IMG/VR virus record: IMGVR_UViG_3300017768_001407
Coordinates: 1-33,478 of that record
Direction: 5' to 3' (one strand)
Length of the DNA: 33,478 nt
Origin: a virus
Lineage: Duplodnaviria > Caudoviricetes
Below, piece by piece: positions 8,879-18,657 of this stretch (its first letter is position 1; the number at the start of each line of letters is the position of its first letter). Both the position numbers and the translations under genes were made by a program. Below the pieces are notes generated by a model. That model saw nothing but the letters and a program-made list of their open reading frames with translations, did not search any database and was not told where the DNA came from.

Positions 8879-10363
8879 CTACCTGTTAATCTTTTTAGTA
8901 TTTATAATTGTTTTTTCAAGTTTTTCTACTTTTTCATTTAGTTCCTTAACTGATTCGATAAGGAGTGCCACCATATTACCATAAGCAACTGATTTAATTT
9001 TATCATCAGAACTATCTTCTCTTATTACTTCTGGTGCAACTTCTTCAACTTCTTGAGCAATTACACCCATCTGTCTTGGTCCATCTGTATCTTTTCTATC
9101 AAATGTTACACCTCGTATTTGACAAACTTTATTCAACGCATCAGGTATAGTTTCAATATTTTCTTTAAGTCTTACATCTGAGAACGCAGTAACATCGTTA
9201 TTAAATGTTGCTGCTCCAGCAGCAGACATATCTAATGTAAGTGCTGTAATACCACTACCACCATCATTACCTTGAAATATCATGTCTTTATCGCTAACTA
9301 AAGATTTAATTGTTAAATTATCGCTGTCTAAACTAACATGTCCTACATTAGTGCTTCCATCTTTAAAAATAACTTCATCTCCACCAGCATCTAAAATAAT
9401 ATCTCCTGCTACATCTAATGTTAAATCACCTGAACTTAAATCTATCTCTGTGCCATCTATTGTAATGTTATCTATAACTACACCAGCATTAGCAGTTACA
9501 ACTCCAGTAACACCGAGAGTTGTTGCCATATCTACAGCACCATCAATGTCAACTACATCTAAGTTTGTAGTACCATCAACATCTATATCACCTGATATAT
9601 CTAATGAAGCAAAGACAGAAGTACCTGTTGCTGTTACTGTTCCATCTACATCTAGATCTGTGCTGTTAAGTAGATTTAAATGGTCATTAGTTAATCTCAT
9701 GTTAATAACATTAGAACCATTTTCTTTACAAGCAAACTCTATAATACCATCTTCTGTACCATCAGATGCGTCACCAATCTTACCAGTAATTTTTGCATAT
9801 AAAACTTCTTGGTCTGCATCATTTTCACCTTGAAATTTAATCTGCCCTAAGTAATCGCTGTCAGCAGGTGAACCACTGTTTCGTTTCAAATCTATAACTG
9901 GACCAGCACTAGCACTATCTTCTGTAGTAGTTAAAGTAAGATTTGTGTTTGTGTCTGTTCTTGTGCTTGATATATTACCAGAGATATCTAATTCTGTTGC
10001 GACAATCTTATTGTTAAATGTTGCTGCTCCAGCAGCAGAACCATCGATAGTTAAGAATGTTGTATCAGCACCACCATCTGTACCTTTTAAAATTATATCA
10101 CTATCATTTGCTGCTGCATCGATTGTAATATTTCCAGAAGATGTAGATATAGTTACAGCAGCATCGCCAGCAGTTAAATCATCACAAGCAAGTTCTGATG
10201 CTGATGCTGTACCTGCACCTACTATAACAATATTATCTGAACTATCTCTTACATATATTTTTTGGTCAGCAGTATTTACTGCCATTTCCCCTACAGCAAG
10301 ATTAGATGTAGAAGGAACTGAACTACCAGTTTCGGATCTTTTGGGTTTGATTACAGTTGCCAT
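8879..10363 (-). CDS. Tail fibre A with Mtd-N-like N-terminus and C-terminal S74 chaperone
   Basis: N-terminal IKPKRS...VP...LAVGEMAVNTADQKIY; C-terminal SDVRLKENI...GVIAQEVEEVAPE...VAYGNMVALLIESVKEL. Confidence 0.9.
   Translation of the reverse strand: MATVIKPKRSETGSSVPSTSNLAVGEMAVNTADQKIYVRDSSDNIVIVGAGTASASELACDDLTAGDAAVTISTSSGNITIDAAANDSDIILKGTDGGADTTFLTIDGSAAGAATFNNKIVATELDISGNISSTRTDTNTNLTLTTTEDSASAGPVIDLKRNSGSPADSDYLGQIKFQGENDADQEVLYAKITGKIGDASDGTEDGIIEFACKENGSNVINMRLTNDHLNLLNSTDLDVDGTVTATGTSVFASLDISGDIDVDGTTNLDVVDIDGAVDMATTLGVTGVVTANAGVVIDNITIDGTEIDLSSGDLTLDVAGDIILDAGGDEVIFKDGSTNVGHVSLDSDNLTIKSLVSDKDMIFQGNDGGSGITALTLDMSAAGAATFNNDVTAFSDVRLKENIETIPDALNKVCQIRGVTFDRKDTDGPRQMGVIAQEVEEVAPEVIREDSSDDKIKSVAYGNMVALLIESVKELNEKVEKLEKTIINTKKINR
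8899..8906 (-). promoter_or_regulatory. T4-type late promoter TATAAATA
   Basis: Exact consensus in the last codons of fibre A, 30 nt upstream of the fibre B ATG. Confidence 0.8.
9201..10039. repeat. 26-nt direct repeat within fibre A (9201-9226 and 10014-10039)
   Basis: TTAAATGTTGCTGCTCCAGCAGCAGA twice; encodes SAAGAATFN. Confidence 0.85.
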
Positions 10364-10373
10364 TTAAGAAACC

Positions 10374-10604
10374 TTATCTATCGATTAGAGTTTTTAGCAT
10401 GTCTTTTATTTCATGCATCTCACACTTTAAACTATTTATTTCTCTAGTGGCATCTCTTATTTCATCCCTCTGTCTTTGAGCATCCAAAGATCTTCTTTTT
10501 GCGTTTTCAAAAGCAGAAGTATTAACATTAACTACAGCACCAGAATTCATATCTCTTGCTAGATCTGTATTATCTTCTACCTTTACATACTCTCGTTTTT
10601 CCAT
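10374..10604 (-). CDS. Small coiled-coil phage protein
   Basis: Likely ATG at 10604 (MEKREYVKVEDNTDLARDMNSGAVVN...), 1 nt after the upstream stop. C-terminal heptad-like helix. Resembles a small gene that often follows the large structural gene in marine T4-like phages. Confidence 0.75.
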   Translation of the reverse strand: MEKREYVKVEDNTDLARDMNSGAVVNVNTSAFENAKRRSLDAQRQRDEIRDATREINSLKCEMHEIKDMLKTLIDR

Positions 10605-10605
10605 A

Positions 10606-13122
10606 TTATGTCGCCAAAGCAATTGCTCTTAAATCCTTAATTCTTGGAGGATTCGCAGCATCAGTTGATTGTAAAATAATTTTTATTTGAAATTGTTTAA
10701 ATTCTTCTAGTGCTGTTCCACTACCTTCATCATCAAGACCAGCAGTGTAGAAATATTCTCTAAAGTCATTTTCATCTAAAGAATTAGTTATGCCACCATC
10801 TGGTGAACCATCAGTATTAAAATATGTAAAACCTAAATCTTCAAAATCTTCATCAGAGTTTTGTGGTTTAATTCTAAACATAATTTTAATATCTGCTGAA
10901 GAATGTTTTTGAGCAGCAAAGAATATTTTTAAAGCAGTAGCAGGACTTTCTAAAACTACAGATTTAGTAAAATATATTGCAGAGTTATTGTCACCACTAG
11001 GTTTAGTTGAGTCAACAAAGTTTGCTGTAGGATAAACATCTGAAGATGATTCCACATCATTTACTCTGTTAGATACAGCAATTAAAGATGCTCTATCTAA
11101 ATCTATTACAGGTGATAAGTTTTCATTTGTTGTAGACAAAGTAATTGGTAATTCTAAAGAAGAAGCACCACCTAATTCATTTAATTCATTTATGCGAGAA
11201 GCAACAATAGCAGTAGAATCTAATTTAAAGTTTTCATTTAAAGTAATTACTGATGAAGTTGCATCTTTTGTAAATGATGTTTCAGTACCACTTGGACTTG
11301 TACCTGTAGTTTTCTTTATGTTTAATGATATATCTGTATCAGGTAACTCCATAGATCCAATAATAGTTTTACCAGTTTCGAATCTATAATTTTCAGTAGC
11401 AAATACATTAGCACCACCCACCTCAGCATCTGTAGAACCACCAGTTACAGCAGGTGATGTTGATATTGTTATAGTATAAGAATCTATATTGACATTACTA
11501 ATATCAGTGTGTGTAGTATTAATTTCTGTTAATGGTACATTGTTAATCATGTATAACTCAATAGTTGAGTCATCAACATGTGCTGCTGCTGTTGTTCCAC
11601 CTACACCTCTTGTCAAGGACGATATTGCTGTTCCAGAAATAGTACCAGAGATTATCTCGTTGTTTATCTTAACGAATGCTGTACCAGATCCTGGGAATCC
11701 TGTTGCCGATGTTAGAGTTAATGATGTGCTAGTTGCAGTAATAGCACCATCAAGAGTAGTAGATATCTCAGACTTAACACCAGTGATTGTTACATTATTA
11801 GAAGTAGAGTACATACCATGGTCACCATGCTTTACTCTTGCCTCTAGAGTATCATGAGTTAATACGATAGGATTTGCTCCGAGACGAGCACCATATAATT
11901 TTGTAGTGCCATCTTCTTGAGTAGTTTCTTCCCCTATTTCTTCATTCTTTAATGTTGCTGTACCAGCAGTTGTAGAGAACTTTGCTTTGTACATATTAAG
12001 TTTCATATCTTGAGATTGTACAGCATTCCAAGTTGTATTGTTTTGTGACTTAAATAAAGATCCAAGATGTGGTTGAGATGACACTGTTCGACCAGTACCA
12101 GATAAATCAACTTCACCCATTTGTGAGATCCAAAGTCTGTAGTCTAAACTGTTTGTTAAACACACAACACAATATTCTAAACCTTGCTTCAAGTAAATTG
12201 GTGAGTCAAAGTTAAATGTTGTTGGTGTAGCACCATTTGAAGAGATGTTTATATCACTGGCATTTAATACCTTTCTACCGAATGGTAAAACTTTTGGTCC
12301 AGGATATCCATTTACTACATCTCTTATCTCAACCCAAACAGGTAAAATTTTATCTTTACCACCAAAGTATAAATCTACTTTAGTTACAAAACAACCACCA
12401 TCTTCTGTTACTAAGAATGTTTGTGCTAAAGGATCTACTCGACCTCTTGGTTCAACTATTCTATCACGAGATGTTGAACTTGTTAAACTTCTATTTTGTG
12501 TAACAGTGTTTTGTACAATTCTAGCATTACGAGTTGCTATGATAGTTTCTTGTTCAGTTTCTAAAATACCTTGTGCGTTGTAGATTGTCTGTCCAGCAGT
12601 TTCAACCACTGAATCATCTTTAGAGTTAGTTGAACTGGATGTTAATCTAAATTCTACTTCACCAGTTCTAAATCTAGGATTGTTTTCTTGACCTCTAAAT
12701 CTAGTGTTAGGAATTCTAAATGTACCTCTTACTTCACCTACACCATTTGCGATAAGTGAACTGCCCTCAACTGGACTTGTCACATTTGAAAAAGTTTCAT
12801 CGTCAGATTGTGCTGTGTAAGATACTCTTTGACCATTCGCTCCTATAGAATTATAAGCAACATCTCCAGGAGTACAGAATGAATTAACATCAACACCAGC
12901 AAAGAAAGCATATACTCTAGTGTTTGGTAGAAACCCTTTACCCTCAAAAGAAATAGTTCTTGGTCGTATAAATGGAACTAATGCTCTAGATACTACTCTA
13001 CTTCCTATTGATTCTGTTTCTATATTTTCTACAACACCAGTTCTTAGACCAGTCCTTGTTTGGTCTGTACGAACAGATGATACTGTACGAACTATTGTAT
13101 TGTTATTAGTTCTATGCGTCAT
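10606..13122 (-). CDS. Large virion structural protein (DUF4815/VrlC-like), C-terminal part
   Basis: VPFIRPR, PNTRVYAFF, FRTGEVEFRLTSS, DPLAQTF, GSLFKSQN.TW and PRIKDLRAIAL motifs. Has its own GGAG SD 9 nt upstream. Confidence 0.85.
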   Translation of the reverse strand: MTHRTNNNTIVRTVSSVRTDQTRTGLRTGVVENIETESIGSRVVSRALVPFIRPRTISFEGKGFLPNTRVYAFFAGVDVNSFCTPGDVAYNSIGANGQRVSYTAQSDDETFSNVTSPVEGSSLIANGVGEVRGTFRIPNTRFRGQENNPRFRTGEVEFRLTSSSTNSKDDSVVETAGQTIYNAQGILETEQETIIATRNARIVQNTVTQNRSLTSSTSRDRIVEPRGRVDPLAQTFLVTEDGGCFVTKVDLYFGGKDKILPVWVEIRDVVNGYPGPKVLPFGRKVLNASDINISSNGATPTTFNFDSPIYLKQGLEYCVVCLTNSLDYRLWISQMGEVDLSGTGRTVSSQPHLGSLFKSQNNTTWNAVQSQDMKLNMYKAKFSTTAGTATLKNEEIGEETTQEDGTTKLYGARLGANPIVLTHDTLEARVKHGDHGMYSTSNNVTITGVKSEISTTLDGAITATSTSLTLTSATGFPGSGTAFVKINNEIISGTISGTAISSLTRGVGGTTAAAHVDDSTIELYMINNVPLTEINTTHTDISNVNIDSYTITISTSPAVTGGSTDAEVGGANVFATENYRFETGKTIIGSMELPDTDISLNIKKTTGTSPSGTETSFTKDATSSVITLNENFKLDSTAIVASRINELNELGGASSLELPITLSTTNENLSPVIDLDRASLIAVSNRVNDVESSSDVYPTANFVDSTKPSGDNNSAIYFTKSVVLESPATALKIFFAAQKHSSADIKIMFRIKPQNSDEDFEDLGFTYFNTDGSPDGGITNSLDENDFREYFYTAGLDDEGSGTALEEFKQFQIKIILQSTDAANPPRIKDLRAIALAT

Positions 13123-16100
13123 TAGTTATTTCTCCATTTTCATTTACCAAGAAGAATCTAAATTTATCTCCATTTTGTTTCTTGTTAGCAACAGGTGGTG
13201 GTCCACCTGGACCCATCATTGGTCGACGAATAACTGCTTCTGGTGGAATAACTCCTTGATTTGCTAAGAATGGTCTAGTTGTAATTGTACTCACAACACC
13301 AGACCACTGAGTTTCCCATGCATTCCAAACTGTTCCGATATCTGCAGATGCTACTACAGCATCAAAGTTTCCTTCTTGATTTACTATTACTGCTGGTGCT
13401 TGTTTTGTTTCAAACCATGTATCACTAGCAGGTTGTAATTCAATTTTACCAACCCAGTTACTAGTCATGAATGGTTGTACATTCTCAACTCTTGTCGCAT
13501 AAGGTTGTTCTACAAATACTTCTTCAGTATATGGAAGTGTTATTAAGTCGCCAGTCTTTTGATAACCAGCACCTGTTCTTTCTGAGTCAGTTGTAACAGA
13601 TTCTACAAGTGTAACATTTCTACCATCACCGATAGGTCTTAATTCATTATCTATCATATCAATAGCAACATTATAGTCAGGATGGAAAACATCACCAACT
13701 TTATGTCCAGCAAAGTTATCTACTATAAATCCAGACTTAAATCTATTTAAACCATTCGCATCTAATATTTCAAAAGATTCGGCATCTCTTTCCAATAAAC
13801 TTAATGCTGTATAATATTCTATATTTTCGATACGATCTTGTAAAAGACCAATATCTTTCATTGTAAATCTTTGTGTTTTATATCTTCTAGACTCAACGGA
13901 ATCTGGTGTAAATGTGAAAGCAGGGATAAAGAATCTAGCAAGTTTTAATGCGTTATCTAAATCTTTTGGTTCTTCAGGACTTTCTGCAGAACTACCCTCT
14001 ATAATTTTAAATTCACCATCAGCAGTCAAAAATAAGTTAGCAATTTTAGATAGATAAAATTCAAAGTCGTTTGAACAAGTGCTATCTGGTTTTGGTATGT
14101 CTATACTAGCAGAACCAGTTCCTGTAAATGCTCTATGTACAAAATCAAAGGATTCAGCATTTACTTGGTCTACAGTTGATATAGTTTCAGAAGTACCACT
14201 AATATTAGCAACAGTTGGTCTGAAGTCTAATGAGTTTCTTAGTAAGTGATGTCCTGTTATTTGTATTGTTTGTGGATTAACTAAAGATTCATTGTATGCT
14301 GGTATATCATCAAAATTCATTTGTCCTGCTTGTGATGTATATGAGTCAACACTAAAGAAGTCACCAGAACCATGAGAGAAGTAATCATATACAACTAATA
14401 ATCTTCCAGTAGGATCTGCTGCTCCAGAATTTTTGTGTATCCTAGAAATATCATAATAGTTATCTCTTTGACCAGTATCTAATTTATAATTATCTGTAAG
14501 TAATTTACTTCCTACAGTTACAGTGCCGACTGTTGCTGTAGCACTAGAGTTTGAACCTGTAATAGTTTCGCCTGCAGTAAAGTCAGTAGAACCAACTCCA
14601 CCTAAAATTACATAAGACATTGGACTTGTTGCTGTAATACATCTAGCAATAGCACCAGAAGTTGCACCTGTAATTCTTTCACCTCTATCAAATGTTCCAG
14701 TAACAGATGACAATGTCATTTCTGGTGTTGTAGCATCTGCACTTGTGCTTTCTGAATCATACACAGCAAGTAGTTGATACACATCTGCTCTACCTAATGA
14801 TATTACACTATGTGTTGGTCTTGTACCAAACGGATCTGAGTCAGCAGCAACTTTTAATTGCTTACATAGGTTTGTAGTTTTAATTGCAGCAGCAACATTA
14901 CTCTTAACGATAGTTCCGATAAGTTTAACTTTAGCATTCTCACCTAATATTGTATCATCAGTAATTGTAATTGTTGCTGAACCAGTACCTGTTATTTTTC
15001 CAGAAATAGGAACTTGGGCACCCTGTGCACCTGAACCATCTCCTGCTACAAGTATAGTCATAACATAGTCACCCTCTGCAAAGGATGCGAATACTTCGTT
15101 TGTTCCTGCGGAGAACGATACTGCACCAGAAGAGTTAGATGTTCCTACGAACTGTCTTCTTATAGTGTATTGTGTGTCACTAGCACCACTGTTATCTGCA
15201 GTCAATAAAGTCTTAGTTGTATCTTTTGGTAAATCGAATAGAGTTGTGTTTTCATCCGATCTATAAATAATTGGTTGTTTAACTGCTGCGAGGGTAGTAG
15301 ATAAATCTCCTGCTACTGTATAATCTAAACGAACTTGCTCAAGTATTAAGTCAGCAGTGAAATCTTGTCCAGAATCTGCGTCATCCATGAACAATTGTTT
15401 TCCTTCACTAAATTTAAAACTATTAATACTTGAAATAGTTAAGTCTGCATTACTGCTATTCTCAACAATTAAATCTGTTTCACCAGAGTCATGAACTGTA
15501 ATCTTTTCAGATGCTTGGAATGTACCAGTTACATTTGTTAAGAAAACTGCTGTACCAGTTGTTAGTGAACCATAAACAAAACCAGTAGCACCAGATGTGA
15601 CACCAGTTACTTTTTGTCCACCAGTTGCTTCGTTTGCTACTATGGTTGGACTTGGTGTTCCACTCATTGTAAGTTTTGTAAACATACGAGTATCAAACAA
15701 GTATGCTCTGTATATTGCTGCCACATTACCAGATGTGCCACTTAAATATTGTATTGCTCTAATTCTAGTTGTACCTATTTGACTTCCTGCTGCAGCACCT
15801 CTAGAAGAAGTAGCAGTGTTAAAAATCTTGACTTCTTTGAATGGTGTTGCCTCACCACTTACATCGCTAATGTCTGGAGTACCATACAAGTTATCAATTT
15901 TTACAAAGTTACCAAAATCTAAATTAGTTATTCCGCCACTTACAGTATTAAAATCTCTTGATTTAGTTATATCTTTAAATGTAGTAGCAATCTTTTCTAC
16001 TTCGTAACCACGAATGTATGCTTTACCTGTAGAACAAGCAACAGATAATAAAGTTTCCCCAGCAGTATTACCATCATCAGTTGTATTACCAGAACTATAC

Positions 16101-17098
16101 ACACCAGAAAACTCTCTACCACCTACAGAATTATCAATAGATTCTTTTACTTCAAATGTAAATGGTCTTACAGTGTAATCACCTGACTCATCAAAAGTTC
16201 TTCTTGCGAGTGTGTCACCTAATACTGAATAATCTGTATTTCTTGCTTCAGATTGAACGATACCATTTTTAAGGTTCATTAATTCTATAAACGAACCATC
16301 ATCAGCAGATTCTTCATCTAACTTAGAAAGTGTTAATGTGAATTTTAATCTATGTGCACCTTTGGCAGCATAGTTACTAGTACCTCTAGCATTATCGGTA
16401 AGTGAAGAATCTTCTTCAGGTGTAATTAAATCTTCAGATACAACTAAACCTATACGAGCAGATTCTGTTATTGAGTTTGTACTTAATACTAATGTTTGTT
16501 CTGCGACTCTTACAAAAGATCCACGAACAAAATATATACCTTCATTAATTTCTACTGCCGAACCAGTATTAGAAGCAGAGGTAGTAGAAGTTGTTGCTGA
16601 AACTGCTCCTATCGCATAACCAGTTGTATGTGTTATAGCAACATCAGCAGTAATGTTTTCATCATTACCAAAAACAGCAGTTGAGTTATCTGACCCTGTT
16701 TGGTAATAGTTTACAAATAAGATTGGTGCAGTTGTTGATGTAGCATCTTGATATCCTACAACATATGCTTTAACACCAGTTGTAACACCAGTAATAGATA
16801 CAGGATCGGTAGTATTTAAGAACTGACTTGCGTCTATATCTTCACCACCAAATGTGCTTTGTAAAGAAACACTATCGTAAGAATCAGTATACGATATCTG
16901 TCCAGGAATTACTACACTTCCTTCTTTAAATACATGACTACCATGTCGTTCTACTTGATTTTGTAAAATAGATTGTAGAGTTGTTAACTCTCTTGCTTGT
17001 ACCGCAAATCCAGGTCTGAACATAACTCTATGAAAATTATCATTTTCATTAAAGTCGTCAAAATAAGGTGCGACATTTAAATCAGTATTTTGTGCCAT
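13112..17098 (-). CDS. Large virion structural protein (DUF4815/VrlC-like), N-terminal part
   Basis: MAQNTDLNVAPYFDDF...FRPGFAVQARELTTLQSILQNQ, LARRTFDESGDY, GQRDNYYD, RFTMKDIG and RFKSGFIVDNF motifs. Follows gp8 as in marine T4-like phages. Confidence 0.88.
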   Translation of the reverse strand: MAQNTDLNVAPYFDDFNENDNFHRVMFRPGFAVQARELTTLQSILQNQVERHGSHVFKEGSVVIPGQISYTDSYDSVSLQSTFGGEDIDASQFLNTTDPVSITGVTTGVKAYVVGYQDATSTTAPILFVNYYQTGSDNSTAVFGNDENITADVAITHTTGYAIGAVSATTSTTSASNTGSAVEINEGIYFVRGSFVRVAEQTLVLSTNSITESARIGLVVSEDLITPEEDSSLTDNARGTSNYAAKGAHRLKFTLTLSKLDEESADDGSFIELMNLKNGIVQSEARNTDYSVLGDTLARRTFDESGDYTVRPFTFEVKESIDNSVGGREFSGVYSSGNTTDDGNTAGETLLSVACSTGKAYIRGYEVEKIATTFKDITKSRDFNTVSGGITNLDFGNFVKIDNLYGTPDISDVSGEATPFKEVKIFNTATSSRGAAAGSQIGTTRIRAIQYLSGTSGNVAAIYRAYLFDTRMFTKLTMSGTPSPTIVANEATGGQKVTGVTSGATGFVYGSLTTGTAVFLTNVTGTFQASEKITVHDSGETDLIVENSSNADLTISSINSFKFSEGKQLFMDDADSGQDFTADLILEQVRLDYTVAGDLSTTLAAVKQPIIYRSDENTTLFDLPKDTTKTLLTADNSGASDTQYTIRRQFVGTSNSSGAVSFSAGTNEVFASFAEGDYVMTILVAGDGSGAQGAQVPISGKITGTGSATITITDDTILGENAKVKLIGTIVKSNVAAAIKTTNLCKQLKVAADSDPFGTRPTHSVISLGRADVYQLLAVYDSESTSADATTPEMTLSSVTGTFDRGERITGATSGAIARCITATSPMSYVILGGVGSTDFTAGETITGSNSSATATVGTVTVGSKLLTDNYKLDTGQRDNYYDISRIHKNSGAADPTGRLLVVYDYFSHGSGDFFSVDSYTSQAGQMNFDDIPAYNESLVNPQTIQITGHHLLRNSLDFRPTVANISGTSETISTVDQVNAESFDFVHRAFTGTGSASIDIPKPDSTCSNDFEFYLSKIANLFLTADGEFKIIEGSSAESPEEPKDLDNALKLARFFIPAFTFTPDSVESRRYKTQRFTMKDIGLLQDRIENIEYYTALSLLERDAESFEILDANGLNRFKSGFIVDNFAGHKVGDVFHPDYNVAIDMIDNELRPIGDGRNVTLVESVTTDSERTGAGYQKTGDLITLPYTEEVFVEQPYATRVENVQPFMTSNWVGKIELQPASDTWFETKQAPAVIVNQEGNFDAVVASADIGTVWNAWETQWSGVVSTITTRPFLANQGVIPPEAVIRRPMMGPGGPPPVANKKQNGDKFRFFLVNENGEITNDA

Positions 17099-17100
17099 AT

Positions 17101-18597
17101 TTAAAACTCAATTATTAATTTAATATCTTCAGTTTGGTCTGTATCTCTTTGTATCGGTTTACGATTTTCTAGATACAATATCAAACCACTATCTGGTTCT
17201 AATTCAGGATTAGCATAACCAGATGATAATGACAACGCAGTGCCATTTGCTAATGTAACTGACTCAGTTGTGCTTGAAGGTGAACCAGTAGCACCAGAAG
17301 TTGCACCAGTAACTGTGGTTGTTCCAGTAAATAGACTATGGTCACCTGTTGTACTATTAGTACCAAAGTCACCAAATCTTTCTTGTTGATAATATAAAAG
17401 TTTTAATGTAGAATCCCATTCAACCACTTTACCAATAGCACCTGAAGTTGCTTGAGAAATCTTTTCATCCACTTCGAAGTTACCACTATTAGATGACATC
17501 TTAACAACATATGTTTGTCTTATTGTAGTAGCACTAGCAATAGTTGATGTACCAAAGTTTGTTGGGTCAACAACTAAACCAACTTGTCTAAAGTCATTTG
17601 CTGCTGTAATATCGTCGCCCTCATCACCAGTTAAAGATGTTGATGTCATTACAAAGTGACCACCCAATTCTTCACAAGGGAAGAACCCATGACCATTTTT
17701 TGGACTGATGACAACATTTACTGCTCCACCTGAACCACTCATATTAGATGCACTTGTTAAACCTGCATCACTAAATGTAAATCCTGTTCCCAAGTTTACT
17801 GTACCAAAAGTATAGTTAGCACCTTTAGCATGAACTGTTGTATCAGTTCCAGCAGTTAAACCAAATGATTGTATTTGGTTACTACTTACTGTAATTCTTA
17901 TGATAGCACCTGATGCAGTTCCAGCACTAGTGCCGTCACCATAAACTGCAGCATAATATGTGCCATTAGTATAACCTGAACCACCAGTAATTGTTAATGA
18001 TTCTATCGCACCATCGACAGCAGCAGCAGAAACAGTAGAGTCAGTTACGACAGGAACAAACTCTGATGTTACATACTTTGCTACATTAGATGCTGATATT
18101 GTATACATGTATTTAAGAACATACCCACCCAAAGCAAAAGGAGCACTAGAGGTAGAACTTGGTTCCGCACCTGAATAGGCAGTTCCTCCATTATTATCCA
18201 GAACTTTGTATACTTTATAATCAGATGTTACAAAGTAAAAAGATGAGTTATATAAATTAGAAGCACCACTTGTTGTTGCATTAGAAGAACTTATATTGTG
18301 CTCATACATATCATAAGTTGTTCCATTTACCCAGTTCCTTCTAGGAATAGTAAATGCTATATCTGAAGATGTTATCTTCTTTGCACCCAACATAGAATCC
18401 CATGCATAATACTCTGTATCTGCTGGGGAATCACTTGGTATTGGTGGGGATCCATCACTTCCTGATGTTGTACCAGAGGTAAATGGTGCTGACTTTCCGA
18501 CAAACAAATAATAAGCATTTCCTGCTGTTTCTGAGAAAGATTCCTCAAACTGCTTAGAATTATGTTGTCTAAATTTTTCGGTTATAATTGCTGACAT
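17101..18597 (-). CDS. gp8: Baseplate wedge subunit gp8
   Basis: MSAIITEKFR, IPRRNW, YKVYKVLDN, KYMYTI, DFRQVGL and ENRKPIQR...EDIKLIIEF motifs; synteny with gp6 and gp7. Confidence 0.88.
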   Translation of the reverse strand: MSAIITEKFRQHNSKQFEESFSETAGNAYYLFVGKSAPFTSGTTSGSDGSPPIPSDSPADTEYYAWDSMLGAKKITSSDIAFTIPRRNWVNGTTYDMYEHNISSSNATTSGASNLYNSSFYFVTSDYKVYKVLDNNGGTAYSGAEPSSTSSAPFALGGYVLKYMYTISASNVAKYVTSEFVPVVTDSTVSAAAVDGAIESLTITGGSGYTNGTYYAAVYGDGTSAGTASGAIIRITVSSNQIQSFGLTAGTDTTVHAKGANYTFGTVNLGTGFTFSDAGLTSASNMSGSGGAVNVVISPKNGHGFFPCEELGGHFVMTSTSLTGDEGDDITAANDFRQVGLVVDPTNFGTSTIASATTIRQTYVVKMSSNSGNFEVDEKISQATSGAIGKVVEWDSTLKLLYYQQERFGDFGTNSTTGDHSLFTGTTTVTGATSGATGSPSSTTESVTLANGTALSLSSGYANPELEPDSGLILYLENRKPIQRDTDQTEDIKLIIEF

Positions 18598-18631
18598 GTG
18601 TCGTTTCCTGTCTGTTACTTACTTATGTTTA

Positions 18632-18639
18632 TATTTATA
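18632..18639 (-). promoter_or_regulatory. T4-type late promoter TATAAATA
   Basis: Exact consensus in the gp7-gp8 intergenic gap. Confidence 0.85.
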
Positions 18640-18657
18640 AAAGTTTTTTCACGACTT

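Larger units (their letters stand above)
8254..10081. repeat. 46-nt perfect direct repeat shared by the two tail-fibre genes (8254-8299 and 10036-10081)
   Basis: CAGAACCATCGATAGTTAAGAATGTTGTATCAGCACCACCATCTGT at both positions; encodes TDGGADTTFLTIDGS. Confidence 0.9.

Noticed and set aside
7220-10363. Diversity-generating retroelement, suggested by the Mtd-N-like N-terminus and the inter-gene repeat
   Set aside because: No reverse transcriptase in the window, mismatches between the repeats are not adenine-specific, and the repeat is not at a C-terminal variable region.
13100-13260. Intron or intein at the DUF4815 split
   Set aside because: Too short, with no group I/II core, homing endonuclease or intein terminal motifs.
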